24,000 nucleotides of DNA from Candidatus Sericytochromatia bacterium. Lineage in GTDB: Bacteria; Cyanobacteriota; Sericytochromatia; S15B-MN24; UBA4093. Below the pieces are notes generated by a model. The model was not told the origin of the DNA. It was given only the letters and a program-made list of their open reading frames with translations, and ran no database searches. Both the position numbers and the translations under genes were made by a program. Within the stretch, counting starts at the first letter, position 1, and the number at the start of each line of letters is the position of its first letter. Below, piece by piece: positions 15,753 to 24,000 of the stretch. The DNA is taken from the NCBI GenBank assembly GCA_036676985.1, contig JAKFBU010000076.1, positions 15,185 through 39,184 on the forward strand, read 5' to 3'.

Positions 15753-17192
15753 TTGGGCAACTATCTCATCATGCTGCTGCCCATCCTGGTCACGCAGATC
15801 GTCAGTCGGGTGGTGGTCCGCTATGGCGCGACCTTCGACGTGCCGAAGTATCCCGTGTCCCGCCACCGTATGGTGTGCTCCTTCTGCCTCTACGCGAGCC
15901 TCGCCGCCACCGTCTTCTTCTGGAAAGTGCCCGGGATCCACGCGAGCTGGACCTTTGCGACCCTGCTCCTGTTCGCTACCTCGCTGGAGGGGCACCTGCG
16001 CCTGGTCGAATCGCCCTTCTCGCTACGCCGCTGGTGGCCGCTCTACGGCCTCGTGGCGCTCGCCGCCGCCCTGGGCGTCGGCCTGACCTATCCCAATCCG
16101 ATCTACCTGTCCCTGTGGGCCGTCCTCGCCGTGCTCGCGCAGGGCGCCTCGGTCTTCGTCCTGACGCGTTCCGCTCTGCGCTCGTCGCCCGCGATCACCA
16201 TCATGGGGGCCTCGTATGCGGTGGGGATGGTGGCGGCGGCCATGACGCCCTGGGTGGCCTCGAACCTCTCGCACTTCCTGGTCGAGCTGCTCCTGGTCCT
16301 GGTCTCGCTCTCGGCCGTCCTCATGGCCATGGGCATGCTCAGCTTCGTGCTGGAGCGGACGGCCCAGCGCCTCCAGGACACCCAGGCGCGTATCTCGGCT
16401 GAGATCGACGAGCGTACGGCCGAGCTCCGGGCGGCCAACTCGCGGCTGCAGGAGCTCGATCGCCTCAAGGACCAGATCCTGAGCACGGTGAGCCACGAGC
16501 TGCGCACCCCGCTCGCCACCATCCGGGGCTACGGCGAGTTCCTGGAGGATGAGATCGCGGGCCCGCTCTCGGACGGCAACCGGGAGTACGTCCACAACAT
16601 CCTGGAGGCGACCCAGGTCGTCTCCCACAAGGTGGACGACCTCCTGGATCTCGCGGGCATCTCGGCCGGTAACTTCCGATTCGAGTTCGCGCCCTTCCGG
16701 TACGACGAGCTGCTGCGGCAGTTGGGCAGCCTCATGCATCCGATCCTGGCCAGGCGATCCCAGACCCTGCGCCTGCAGCATGCCGACGAGATCCCGCTGG
16801 TGGGCGATCGCCGCCGCATCCTGCAGGTGCTGGTCAACCTGGTCCAGAACGCCTCCAAGTTCTCGGCGGACGGCGCGGTCATCGAGGTCACAGCGGAGGT
16901 CGACGCCGAGGGCGTCACCACCCGCGTGTCGGATCAGGGCATCGGCATCCCCCCCGAGCAGCTCACGCGCATCTTCGAGGCCTTCTACCAGGTGGACAGC
17001 CACAGCACGCGGGTGCATGGCGGCATCGGGATGGGGCTGGCCATCGTGCGCAGCATGATCGAGGCCCACCGGGGACGCATCGAGGTCCGGAGTACCGAGG
17101 GCGAGGGCTCCACCTTCACCTTCCGTCTGCCTTACCTGCCCTTCGAGGAGCGTCGGGGGACGACGGCTCAACTGCCGGAAACCACCGTCTGA
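15753..17192 (+). CDS. Membrane-bound histidine kinase with multi-TM N-terminus
   Basis: TTG start with GGGAGGG upstream (alternative GTG at 15729); roughly 6-7 hydrophobic segments, then ILSTVSHELRTPLATIRGYGEFL, LVNLVQNASKFSADG, DQGIGIPPEQLTRIFEAFYQ, GIGMGLAIVRSMIEAHRG. Confidence 0.93.
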   Translation: MGNYLIMLLPILVTQIVSRVVVRYGATFDVPKYPVSRHRMVCSFCLYASLAATVFFWKVPGIHASWTFATLLLFATSLEGHLRLVESPFSLRRWWPLYGLVALAAALGVGLTYPNPIYLSLWAVLAVLAQGASVFVLTRSALRSSPAITIMGASYAVGMVAAAMTPWVASNLSHFLVELLLVLVSLSAVLMAMGMLSFVLERTAQRLQDTQARISAEIDERTAELRAANSRLQELDRLKDQILSTVSHELRTPLATIRGYGEFLEDEIAGPLSDGNREYVHNILEATQVVSHKVDDLLDLAGISAGNFRFEFAPFRYDELLRQLGSLMHPILARRSQTLRLQHADEIPLVGDRRRILQVLVNLVQNASKFSADGAVIEVTAEVDAEGVTTRVSDQGIGIPPEQLTRIFEAFYQVDSHSTRVHGGIGMGLAIVRSMIEAHRGRIEVRSTEGEGSTFTFRLPYLPFEERRGTTAQLPETTV

Positions 17193-17348
17193 CCTGAAGT
17201 TCGGTAGGTCCTACGGATGATCCTCCCGTTGCCCGGAGCTATGGTGAGGATGCGAGGAGGGAAGCCTGAAACGAACGAAATCGGACGGTTGAACACCCTC
17301 GAGGCGACACCGCCGCACAGAAATCGCCACCAGGCGCACCCCTCCCCT

Positions 17349-17382
17349 GACCCCCGCTGCACCCGCGGGGGTCTTTCTATTT
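17349..17382. terminator. Terminator between convergent genes
   Basis: GACCCCCGC (17349-17357), loop, GCGGGGGTC (17365-17373), then TTTCTATTT. Confidence 0.85.
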
Positions 17383-17800
17383 AAGGCACTTGCAGCGTGA
17401 CGCTGGCGGTCGTGTCGGCGTCCACCTGGGCGCTCGCCGTCGCCGAGTCGTCGCTGAGCCGCACCTCGTAGGGGCCCGTCTTCATGCGCTCGAAGCGCAC
17501 GACGCCCGAGGCGTCGGTCGTGCCGCTGATGACCGACGGACAGCGCAGCCCCGTGTAAACCAGGCGAGTGGCCGAGACGCCGACGTTTGCCTTGCCGACT
17601 CCGCCCGCATCGACCACGCGGACCTGCAGGGTGCCGACCGGAATCTCCGTCTGGGTGCGGTAGCCTGCCGCGACCTGGGGGCTGCAGCCGCCGGAGTCGG
17701 CGGCCGGCGAGCCGAACATGGTGCCGAGGCTCGAGCAGCCCGCCGTGACGACGAGGGCGGCGACGGCGAGGCCGACGAGGGCGTAAGGCTGGCGTGGCAT
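17381..17800 (-). CDS. Lipoprotein with probable carboxypeptidase-regulatory-like/beta-sandwich domain
   Basis: Start chosen at MPRQPYALVGLAVAALVVTAGC (lipobox VTAGC); VRVVDAGGVGKANVGVSATRLV...GTTDASGVVRFERMKTGPYEVRLS is typical of such sandwich domains. Confidence 0.8.
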   Translation of the reverse strand: MPRQPYALVGLAVAALVVTAGCSSLGTMFGSPAADSGGCSPQVAAGYRTQTEIPVGTLQVRVVDAGGVGKANVGVSATRLVYTGLRCPSVISGTTDASGVVRFERMKTGPYEVRLSDDSATASAQVDADTTASVTLQVP

Positions 17801-17928
17801 GGGGCATCTCCTTCCGAGGGGACTCATACCCGCCCGGCGAGCGCCCAACCCCCGCATGATCCACCGGGCGATCGTGGCCATGCGCGGGCCCCGGCAGTAC
17901 ACTGGAGGGACACGCAAGAAAAGGAGTT

Positions 17929-18282
17929 GTGACCAAGATGGCCAAGTCGACCGTGATCGCCGAAGGAAAGGCGTGGCGCCTGCAGACCACGTGGGGCGAG
18001 TTCGCCGTGCCCGCCGGGACCGAGCAAGACTACGAGTCCACCTATGAGAAGCTGCGGGACCTGGTGGTCGAGCGCTTCGAGCAGATCGCCCAGGAGAACG
18101 GCGCCATGCTCGCCTGGATCCGTGAGACCGGCCAGGTGGTGGGCCCTCAGAACCCGGCCGCCGATCTGCTGAAGAACCTCGAGCCCTGGCGCCAGCAAGC
18201 CGAGCGCGAGGTGACGGAGAGCTGGCAGCGTGGGGAGATCGCCGCGGTCTACTCGGGCGGAGCCCCCAGCGAGGCCGAGTAG
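17929..18282 (+). CDS. Hypothetical small protein
   Basis: GTG 17929 or ATG 17938 following AAAGGAG; 117 aa, acidic and coding-like. Confidence 0.7.
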   Translation: MTKMAKSTVIAEGKAWRLQTTWGEFAVPAGTEQDYESTYEKLRDLVVERFEQIAQENGAMLAWIRETGQVVGPQNPAADLLKNLEPWRQQAEREVTESWQRGEIAAVYSGGAPSEAE

Positions 18283-18400
18283 CGCCCGCTTCCTGGACCC
18301 TCGGACCCGCTTGCGTTAAGCTGAAGCCATCTGGCGACGATCTGTCGCTGTTTGGTCACGGCAGCCTCCCTGCGAGGCCGGCAAGCGCACCGAGGGTCTC

Positions 18401-18763
18401 ATGTCCAAGTCGTCGTTCGAGTTCCTGATGATGGTGGTCGGCGTCGCGGCCATCGTGATGACGTCCGCGACCCTGTACTACCTGGGGACGGCCTTCGTTC
18501 CGGGCGTCCTCCTCTTCGTGCCCCTGTTCGGCATGGCCGGGCTCGTGCTCGCGCCCTTCCATCGGCGCCACTACGATGCGGACTGGTGGGACCTGGGCAC
18601 GCCCCGCCTGAGCGAAGAGGACCCGCCCCTCTGGCAGATCGCGAGCCTCTCGGTGGTGCTCGTGTGCCTCCTGCTCTGGGTCGCCAACCCCGTCGTGTAC
18701 TACCCCGGCGAGGTCAGCCTCCCCATCCGCTACGTTACCGAGGGCCTGAGTCAGGAGCGCTGA
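18401..18763 (+). CDS. Small integral membrane protein, uncharacterised
   Basis: Three hydrophobic segments (LMMVVGVAAIVMTSATLYYL, GVLLFVPLFGMAGLVLAPF, IASLSVVLVCLLLWVAN). Confidence 0.75.
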   Translation: MSKSSFEFLMMVVGVAAIVMTSATLYYLGTAFVPGVLLFVPLFGMAGLVLAPFHRRHYDADWWDLGTPRLSEEDPPLWQIASLSVVLVCLLLWVANPVVYYPGEVSLPIRYVTEGLSQER

Positions 18764-18773
18764 GCCACGCGCC

Positions 18774-19214
18774 TCACGGCTCCAGGGAGACGAGGGACCA
18801 GTGGGGGTAGCGCTCGTTGGCGTAGGCGAGCGCCTCCTCCAGCCGGTTGAAGTCCCGCTGGTGGCGCGGCAGCTCCTGCTCCACCACCGTGAACCAGTCC
18901 GGGGTCTGGGCGATGTAGACCTGGATCCGGTCCTTCTGCTTGACCGAGTAGCTCCAGTTCGACTTGGAGAAGGCCCGATCCCCCAGCGTCGCCTTGCTCT
19001 TGGGCGCCGCCATGCGCGTGGGAACGGCCAGGTACGTGCGCTGTGCCTCCTCGTCCCAGCGGAGGGAGCCCGCGGATCCGGCGCTGCTCAGGGCGAGCGG
19101 CCGATAGATCGCCTTGGCCGTGTCCAGTGGCGGCCGGTCGGTGGGAAGGGAACTGCAGGCGCCAAGGGCGAGGGCGATCAGGGCGCCCCCGATATAGGGA
19201 TGGCTCAGTCTCAT
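18774..19214 (-). CDS. Hypothetical lipoprotein
   Basis: MRLSHPYIGGALIALALGACSS has a lipobox; SD AAGGAGG upstream. Confidence 0.8.
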   Translation of the reverse strand: MRLSHPYIGGALIALALGACSSLPTDRPPLDTAKAIYRPLALSSAGSAGSLRWDEEAQRTYLAVPTRMAAPKSKATLGDRAFSKSNWSYSVKQKDRIQVYIAQTPDWFTVVEQELPRHQRDFNRLEEALAYANERYPHWSLVSLEP

Positions 19215-19241
19215 GGGGCCTCCTTCGAAAAGCAGATCAGT

Positions 19242-19255
19242 AACGATAATTCGTT
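19242..19255. promoter_or_regulatory. Candidate operator half-sites
   Basis: AACGA-TAAT-TCGTT, 28 bp upstream of the 19214 start and similar to the palindrome at 14843-14862. Confidence 0.3.
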
Positions 19256-19343
19256 TTCATATCAAGCTAGCAAGTTTTGTGCGAAATGAAAAGAGCGAGT
19301 ACGATGAGGGCGTGCCCGCTTGATTCATGAAGGAGTCCTCCGC

Positions 19344-21059
19344 GTGTCCACCAAGTCGGTCGTTGCCTCGCTCACCCTCTCGGCCCTCTTACTCGTCTCC
19401 ACGGTCGCCTCGGCTGCTCCCGTCCCCGCCCAGTGGGCCTTTCCGGCCGATGGCCCTCCCGTGAAGGCCAAGCACGGCATGGTCTCGAGCGTCTCACCCA
19501 TCGCGAGCAAGGTCGGCGTCGAGATCCTCAAGCAGGGCGGCAACGCCATCGACGCGGCGGTCGCCGTGGCCTTCGCCATGGCCGTCACCTGGCCGGAGGC
19601 GGGCAACGTGGGCGGCGGCGGCTTCCTGGTCATGCGCGACAAGGAGGGCAAGAACTACGCCCTCGACTACCGCGAGACGGCCCCCGCCAAGGCCACGCGC
19701 GACATGTTCCTCGACGAGAAGGGCGAGGTGACCGACAAGGGCCTCGTCACGCGCCTCGGCGCCGGAACCCCCGGCACGGTCTGGGGCATGTACGAGGTGC
19801 ACCGCAAGTTCGGGCGCATGGCATGGCCCGACCTCCTGGCCCCCGCCATCAAGCTCGCCCATGAGGGCTTCCTCGTGGACAAGGGCCTCGCGGCCTCGCT
19901 CGAGAAGTACCAGGCGGATCTGCGCCGGGACGACGAGGCGGCGCGCATCTTCCTCAAGGACGGTCAGCCCCTCAAGGTGGGCGATCGCCTCCAGCAGCCC
20001 GATCTGGCCCGCACGCTGCGCCTCGTCTCGAACCGCGGCCCCGAGGGCTTCTACCAGGGTCCCGTCGCCGAGGCGTTCGACGAGGACATGGCCGACAACG
20101 GCGGCATCATGACGGCAGCCGACCTCGCCGCCTACCGTCCCAAGTGGCGCGAGCCCATCGCCTTCACCTACCGCGGCCTCAAGGTCGTGAGCATGCCGCC
20201 TCCGAGCTCGGGCGGCTTCCTCCTGGCCTCCATCCTCAAGATGGTGGAGAAGGACGACGTCAAGAAGTTGGGCTGGCACAGCCCCGGCCACATCCACCTC
20301 ATCGCCGAGGCCGAGCGGCGCGCCTTCGCGGATCGCAACGAGTACCTGGGCGACCCCGACCACCTCTCCATCCCGCTCAAGCGCATGCTCGATCCCACCT
20401 ACCTCCAGCAGCGCCGCGCCACGGTGGATCCCGCCAAGGCGACCCCCGAGTTCTCCACCCAGCCGGGCCTCGCGGAGCGTGAGGAGACGACCCACTTCGT
20501 GGTGGCGGACGCCTTGGGCAACGTCGTGAGCAACACCTACACCCTCAACGGCGCCTACGGCAGCTGCATCGTCGTGCCCGGCACGGGCGTCCTGCTCAAC
20601 AACGAGATGGACGACTTCACGGCCAAGCCCGGCTCCCCCAACCTGTTCGGGCTGGTGCAGGGCGAGAAGAACGCGATCGCCCCCAAGAAGCGCATGCTGA
20701 GCTCCATGTCGCCCACGCTGGTGCTGGACGCCAAGGGCAACTTCCGCATGGCGGTGGGCTCGCCCGGCGGCTCCACCATCCCGACCACCACCCTCCAGGT
20801 CCTCATGAACTACTTCGACTTCGGCATGAACGTCCGCCAGGCCGTGGTCGCGCCGCGCTTCCACCATCAGGGGCTGCCCCAGTCCATCGACGTGGAGCCC
20901 GCCGGCTTCGATCCCGCCACGCTGAAGGCGCTGGAGGGCATGGGTCATCCCCTGCGCGAGCGCTACCTTGGAGACGCGCAGGCGATCGTCCGCAAGCCCG
21001 ACGGCAGCTTCGAGGGCTGGGCCGATCCGCGCAAGGGCGGCCTCGCGGTCGGCTACTAA
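19344..21059 (+). CDS. ggt: Gamma-glutamyltransferase (secreted)
   Basis: GTG start after AAGGAG; signal peptide VSTKSVVASLTLSALLLVSTVASAAP; GGNAIDAAVAVAFAMAVTWPEAGNVGGGGF, autoprocessing site EETTHFVVADALGNVVSNTYTLN, SSMSPTLVLD, GSPGGSTIPTTTLQVL. Confidence 0.95.
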   Translation: MSTKSVVASLTLSALLLVSTVASAAPVPAQWAFPADGPPVKAKHGMVSSVSPIASKVGVEILKQGGNAIDAAVAVAFAMAVTWPEAGNVGGGGFLVMRDKEGKNYALDYRETAPAKATRDMFLDEKGEVTDKGLVTRLGAGTPGTVWGMYEVHRKFGRMAWPDLLAPAIKLAHEGFLVDKGLAASLEKYQADLRRDDEAARIFLKDGQPLKVGDRLQQPDLARTLRLVSNRGPEGFYQGPVAEAFDEDMADNGGIMTAADLAAYRPKWREPIAFTYRGLKVVSMPPPSSGGFLLASILKMVEKDDVKKLGWHSPGHIHLIAEAERRAFADRNEYLGDPDHLSIPLKRMLDPTYLQQRRATVDPAKATPEFSTQPGLAEREETTHFVVADALGNVVSNTYTLNGAYGSCIVVPGTGVLLNNEMDDFTAKPGSPNLFGLVQGEKNAIAPKKRMLSSMSPTLVLDAKGNFRMAVGSPGGSTIPTTTLQVLMNYFDFGMNVRQAVVAPRFHHQGLPQSIDVEPAGFDPATLKALEGMGHPLRERYLGDAQAIVRKPDGSFEGWADPRKGGLAVGY

Positions 21060-21079
21060 GCCCACCATTCGCCACTTCA

Positions 21080-21110
21080 GGCCCTCCTCTTGTTCGAGGA
21101 GGGCCTTCTT
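21080..21110 (+). terminator. Rho-independent terminator after ggt
   Basis: GGCCCTCCTC, TTGTTC, GAGGAGGGCC, TTCTT. Confidence 0.85.
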
Positions 21111-21159
21111 GCTGGGCCCGGAGGGGCGAGAGCGGCGGAGATCGTGATAAAATGGGGGC

Positions 21160-21504
21160 ATGTACAGGCTCACCAAACGACTGAAATTCGAGGCCGCGCA
21201 TCGCATCCCGGGGCATCCCGGCAAGTGCGATCGCCTGCATGGCCACACCTACTTCGTGGACGTCGAGGTCAAGGGCACCGATCTCGACGCCCTGGGGATC
21301 CTGATCGACTTCAACCACCTCAAGGAGCTCGAAGCGCTCCTGCCCGACCACACCTACCTCAACGAGACGCTGCCGGGCATCCAGACCACCGCGGAGGGGC
21401 TGTCCAGGCACTTCTTCCAGGTCTTCAAGGAGCGCCTCCCCGAGGTCGCGGCCGTGACCGTGCACGAGGGGCCCAACTCCTGGTGCCGCTTCGAGGAGGC
21501 GTAG
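21160..21504 (+). CDS. queD: 6-carboxy-5,6,7,8-tetrahydropterin synthase
   Basis: KFEAAHRIPGHPGKCDRLHGHTYFVDVEVKG, GILIDFNHLK, LNETLP...TTAEGLSRHFF, VHEGPNSWCRFEE; followed by queE and queC. Confidence 0.95.
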   Translation: MYRLTKRLKFEAAHRIPGHPGKCDRLHGHTYFVDVEVKGTDLDALGILIDFNHLKELEALLPDHTYLNETLPGIQTTAEGLSRHFFQVFKERLPEVAAVTVHEGPNSWCRFEEA

Positions 21505-21505
21505 G

Positions 21506-22210
21506 ATGGCCGTGGAAGCGAAGCCCGTGACCCTCGAGGTCTGCGAGATCTTCACCAGCATCCAGGGCGAGGGCACCCGCATCGGCGTGCCGAGCACCTT
21601 CGTGCGGCTCCTGCGCTGCAACCTGCACTGCGCCTGGTGCGACACCACCTATAGCTGGAAGGACGGCGAACGGGTCGAGGGCGTCCAGATGTCCCCCGAG
21701 GCCATCCTGCGCGAGGTCCACGCCCGCGACGTGGTGCTCACGGGTGGCGAGCCCATGTTGCAGGACTTGTCGCCCTTGCTCGCCCTCATGGGCGATCGCC
21801 ACGTCACCGTCGAGACCAACGGCACCATCTTCAAGGCCTACGACCGGGTCAACCTCTGGAGCATCAGCCCCAAGCTCGGCTCGAGCGGCCACAAGCCCAA
21901 CAAGCGGGTCCTCGGCGAGTTCGTCGCGCACTACGGCCACAAGCTGCAGCTCAAGTTCGTCGTCGGCGGTCCTGCCGACCTCCAGGCCGTCAAGGACCTG
22001 CTCGAGGAGCTGCCCGAGGTGGCCGAGCGCGCCATTCCCGTCATCCTGCAGCCCGTCGGCAGCCCGACGCAGGGTGCGGGCGATTACCTGGAGGGCATGC
22101 GCCGCCTGATCGAGGAGGAGCTCCTGGTCGATGGCGCCTGGGCCAGGTACAACTGGCGCTTCCTGCCCCAGTTCCACCGTCTCCTCTGGGGAGACAAGCG
22201 AGGGATCTAA
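21506..22210 (+). CDS. queE: 7-carboxy-7-deazaguanine synthase (radical SAM)
   Basis: IFTSIQGEGTRIGVPSTFVRLLRCNLHCAWCDTTYSW (CxxxCxxC), VVLTGGEPMLQ, VTVETNGT. Confidence 0.96.
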   Translation: MAVEAKPVTLEVCEIFTSIQGEGTRIGVPSTFVRLLRCNLHCAWCDTTYSWKDGERVEGVQMSPEAILREVHARDVVLTGGEPMLQDLSPLLALMGDRHVTVETNGTIFKAYDRVNLWSISPKLGSSGHKPNKRVLGEFVAHYGHKLQLKFVVGGPADLQAVKDLLEELPEVAERAIPVILQPVGSPTQGAGDYLEGMRRLIEEELLVDGAWARYNWRFLPQFHRLLWGDKRGI

Positions 22211-22890
22211 TGTCGAAGAAAGCCGTCGTCCTGCTGTCCGGTGGTCTGGACAGCACCACCTGCGCGTATCTCGCCAAGGCCCAGGGCTACGAGGTCTACG
22301 CCCTCTCCTTCGACTACGGCCAGCGCCTCGCCCGCGAGCTCGACTCGGCCAAGGCCGTCGCCCAGGCCGTGGGGGCCGCCGAGCACATCGTCATGAAGTT
22401 CGACCTCACGCGCTGGGGTGGCTCGGCCCTCACGCAGGCGGACCTCGCGGTGCCGACGGGCCGCGAGACGGCCGAGATGGAGGAGAGCATCCCCGTCACC
22501 TACGTGCCGGGCCGCAACATCCTCTTTTTGAGCTTCGGCGTCTCCTACGCCGAGGCCAAGGGTGCCGAGGCCATCTTCATCGGGGTGAACGCCCTCGACT
22601 ACTCGGGCTATCCCGACTGCCGCCCCGAGTTCATCGCCGCCTACCAGGAGGCCGTTCGCCTCGGGACCAAGGCGGGCGTCGAGGGCCGGCCCATCCGCAT
22701 CGAGACGCCGCTTCTGCACTGGACCAAGGCCGAGATCATCCGGCATGGGCTCGAGGCGGGCGCCGACTACGGCCTCACGTGGTCCTGCTACCAGGGTGGG
22801 GCCGTGCCCTGCGGCGAGTGCGACTCCTGCAAGCTCAGGGCCAAGGGCTTCGCCGAGGCGGGCGTCCGGGACGCGGCCCTACCCGTCTAA
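22210..22890 (+). CDS. queC: 7-cyano-7-deazaguanine synthase
   Basis: KAVVLLSGGLDSTTCAYLAKAQGYEVYALSFDYGQR, PVTYVPGRNILFLSF, DYSGYPDCRPEF, GLTWSCYQGG...PCGECDSCKLRAKGFAEAG. Confidence 0.97.
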   Translation: MSKKAVVLLSGGLDSTTCAYLAKAQGYEVYALSFDYGQRLARELDSAKAVAQAVGAAEHIVMKFDLTRWGGSALTQADLAVPTGRETAEMEESIPVTYVPGRNILFLSFGVSYAEAKGAEAIFIGVNALDYSGYPDCRPEFIAAYQEAVRLGTKAGVEGRPIRIETPLLHWTKAEIIRHGLEAGADYGLTWSCYQGGAVPCGECDSCKLRAKGFAEAGVRDAALPV

Positions 22891-22903
22891 GGTCTCCCAG
22901 GAA

Positions 22904-22936
22904 AGAGGGCGCTTCCTGTTCAGGAAGCGCCCTCTT
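22904..22936. terminator. Hairpin terminator between convergent queC and the PLD-family gene
   Basis: AGAGGGCGCTTCCT (22904-22917), GTTC, AGGAAGCGCCCTCT (22922-22935). Confidence 0.75.
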
Positions 22937-22949
22937 GTCGTCTGTGCCG

Positions 22950-24000
22950 TTAGAACCCGAGCGATTCGAGCAGATCGGGCTTCTTGTCCGGGGTGATGCG
23001 GATGCCTCGCTGCCAGTCCTGGTCGAAGAGGGCCGCGTCGAGCTGGCGGGTCGCCGCGGCGTCGTCGATGCCGAGGCCCGCCTCGCGCGAGTACACGAAG
23101 GACTGCTTGTCCATGTTCTGCGAGCCCACGTAGGCCCACTGGCCGTCCACGGACATGTACTTGGTGTGGTTGTTGGCGAGCGTCTGGCCGTCCGGCGAGA
23201 ACCAGCGCATCTCGACGTTCTGCCGCGATCGCTCGGGCAGCTTGTCCAGGAACTGGCTGATGAAGAGCTCGTTGTTCGAGAAGTCGACCAGCGACGTCCG
23301 CTGGTTGAAGCCCTTGGGCACCACGAGCTTGATCTGGACGCCGCGGTCGGCGGCCGCCGCGAGGGCGCTCCAGACCTCGCGGTCCGTGATGTTGGGCGTC
23401 ACGATCCGGATCTCGCGCTGGGCCGCGTGGAGGGCGGCCAGGATCCCCTGGTCGGCGTCGTTGGCGTAGGGCTTGCCGTGCAGCGAGGCCACCGCGATGC
23501 TGTCCCGGCTCAGGTAGGTCATGGGGATGGTGGGGCCCGTGGCGGGAGCGGCCTCGGCCTTGATGGCCGGAGGCAGCTTGAAGCCGTCCGCCGAACGGAC
23601 CGCGCCGTCCTGGATCTGCACCTTGACCTTGGACTTGGCGAAGGCCTGGTCGAAGTCCGCGAGCATGGTGTCGACCACGTCGCCCTTGACCTTCACGAGC
23701 ACGTCCTGGAAGTCCTTGTCCTGGATGTTGATGCCGCCGATGAGGCCGGTGTTGCCGTCAATCACGAACAGCTTCTCGTGGTCCATGCCCCGGTGCGGCG
23801 TCTTGAGGTAGCCCGCGATCACGGCGTCCACGCCGTGCTCCGTGAAGGCGTCGTTGACGGGATCCTTGAAGAGGGTGAAGTCGCCGCGGTGGATCAGATA
23901 CACCTTGAAGTCGGGCGACAGCTTCTGCTTTTCGCTGAGGGCCTTGAGCAGGGTCTTGCCCGCCTCGCTGTCCGCCTCGAACTCGAAGTTCTGGATCCGG
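22950..24000 (-). CDS. Phospholipase D / cardiolipin-synthase-like protein, N-terminus outside window
   Basis: Two HKD motifs: DHEKLFVIDGNTGLIGGINI and NHTKYMSVDGQWAYVGSQNMD. Frame stays open to the window edge (RIQNFEFEADSEAGKTLLKALSEKQKLSPDFKVYLIHRGDF), so the tracked start at 23903 is internal. Confidence 0.93.
   Translation of the reverse strand, partial: RIQNFEFEADSEAGKTLLKALSEKQKLSPDFKVYLIHRGDFTLFKDPVNDAFTEHGVDAVIAGYLKTPHRGMDHEKLFVIDGNTGLIGGINIQDKDFQDVLVKVKGDVVDTMLADFDQAFAKSKVKVQIQDGAVRSADGFKLPPAIKAEAAPATGPTIPMTYLSRDSIAVASLHGKPYANDADQGILAALHAAQREIRIVTPNITDREVWSALAAAADRGVQIKLVVPKGFNQRTSLVDFSNNELFISQFLDKLPERSRQNVEMRWFSPDGQTLANNHTKYMSVDGQWAYVGSQNMDKQSFVYSREAGLGIDDAAATRQLDAALFDQDWQRGIRITPDKKPDLLESLGF

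Noticed and set aside
22950-24000. Phage-defence or toxin PLD nuclease
   Set aside because: Two HKD motifs in one chain fit housekeeping cardiolipin-synthase/PLD-like proteins. The N-terminus is missing, so a defence role cannot be supported.

Overview
High-GC bacterial chromosomal window, mostly housekeeping genes. Reading left to right it contains: the 3' end of rplQ, then truA, rplM and rpsI; a protein with a degenerate GGDEF-like domain; a secreted PafA-like alkaline phosphatase whose motif order looks circularly permuted; a class-V aminotransferase plus serA; an LPP20-like exported protein; RidA; a PfkB sugar kinase; a soluble histidine kinase; a minus-strand block with a solitary N6-adenine methyltransferase carrying an HsdS-like C-terminus; folE; a membrane histidine kinase; small lipoprotein and membrane genes; gamma-glutamyltransferase; queD-queE-queC; and a partial two-HKD phospholipase D family protein. 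GCGATCGC (the cyanobacterial HIP1 octamer) occurs at least 19 times, which suggests a cyanobacteria-related lineage. I see no CRISPR, rRNA, tRNA, transposase or prophage. The best candidates for novelty are the permuted phosphatase, a 12-codon upstream ORF whose Shine-Dalgarno sits in a hairpin before the aminotransferase, the compound palindrome after serA, and the methyltransferase block. I did not find a multi-gene system that I can confidently call undescribed. All family assignments are from motif recognition by eye; no database search was run.
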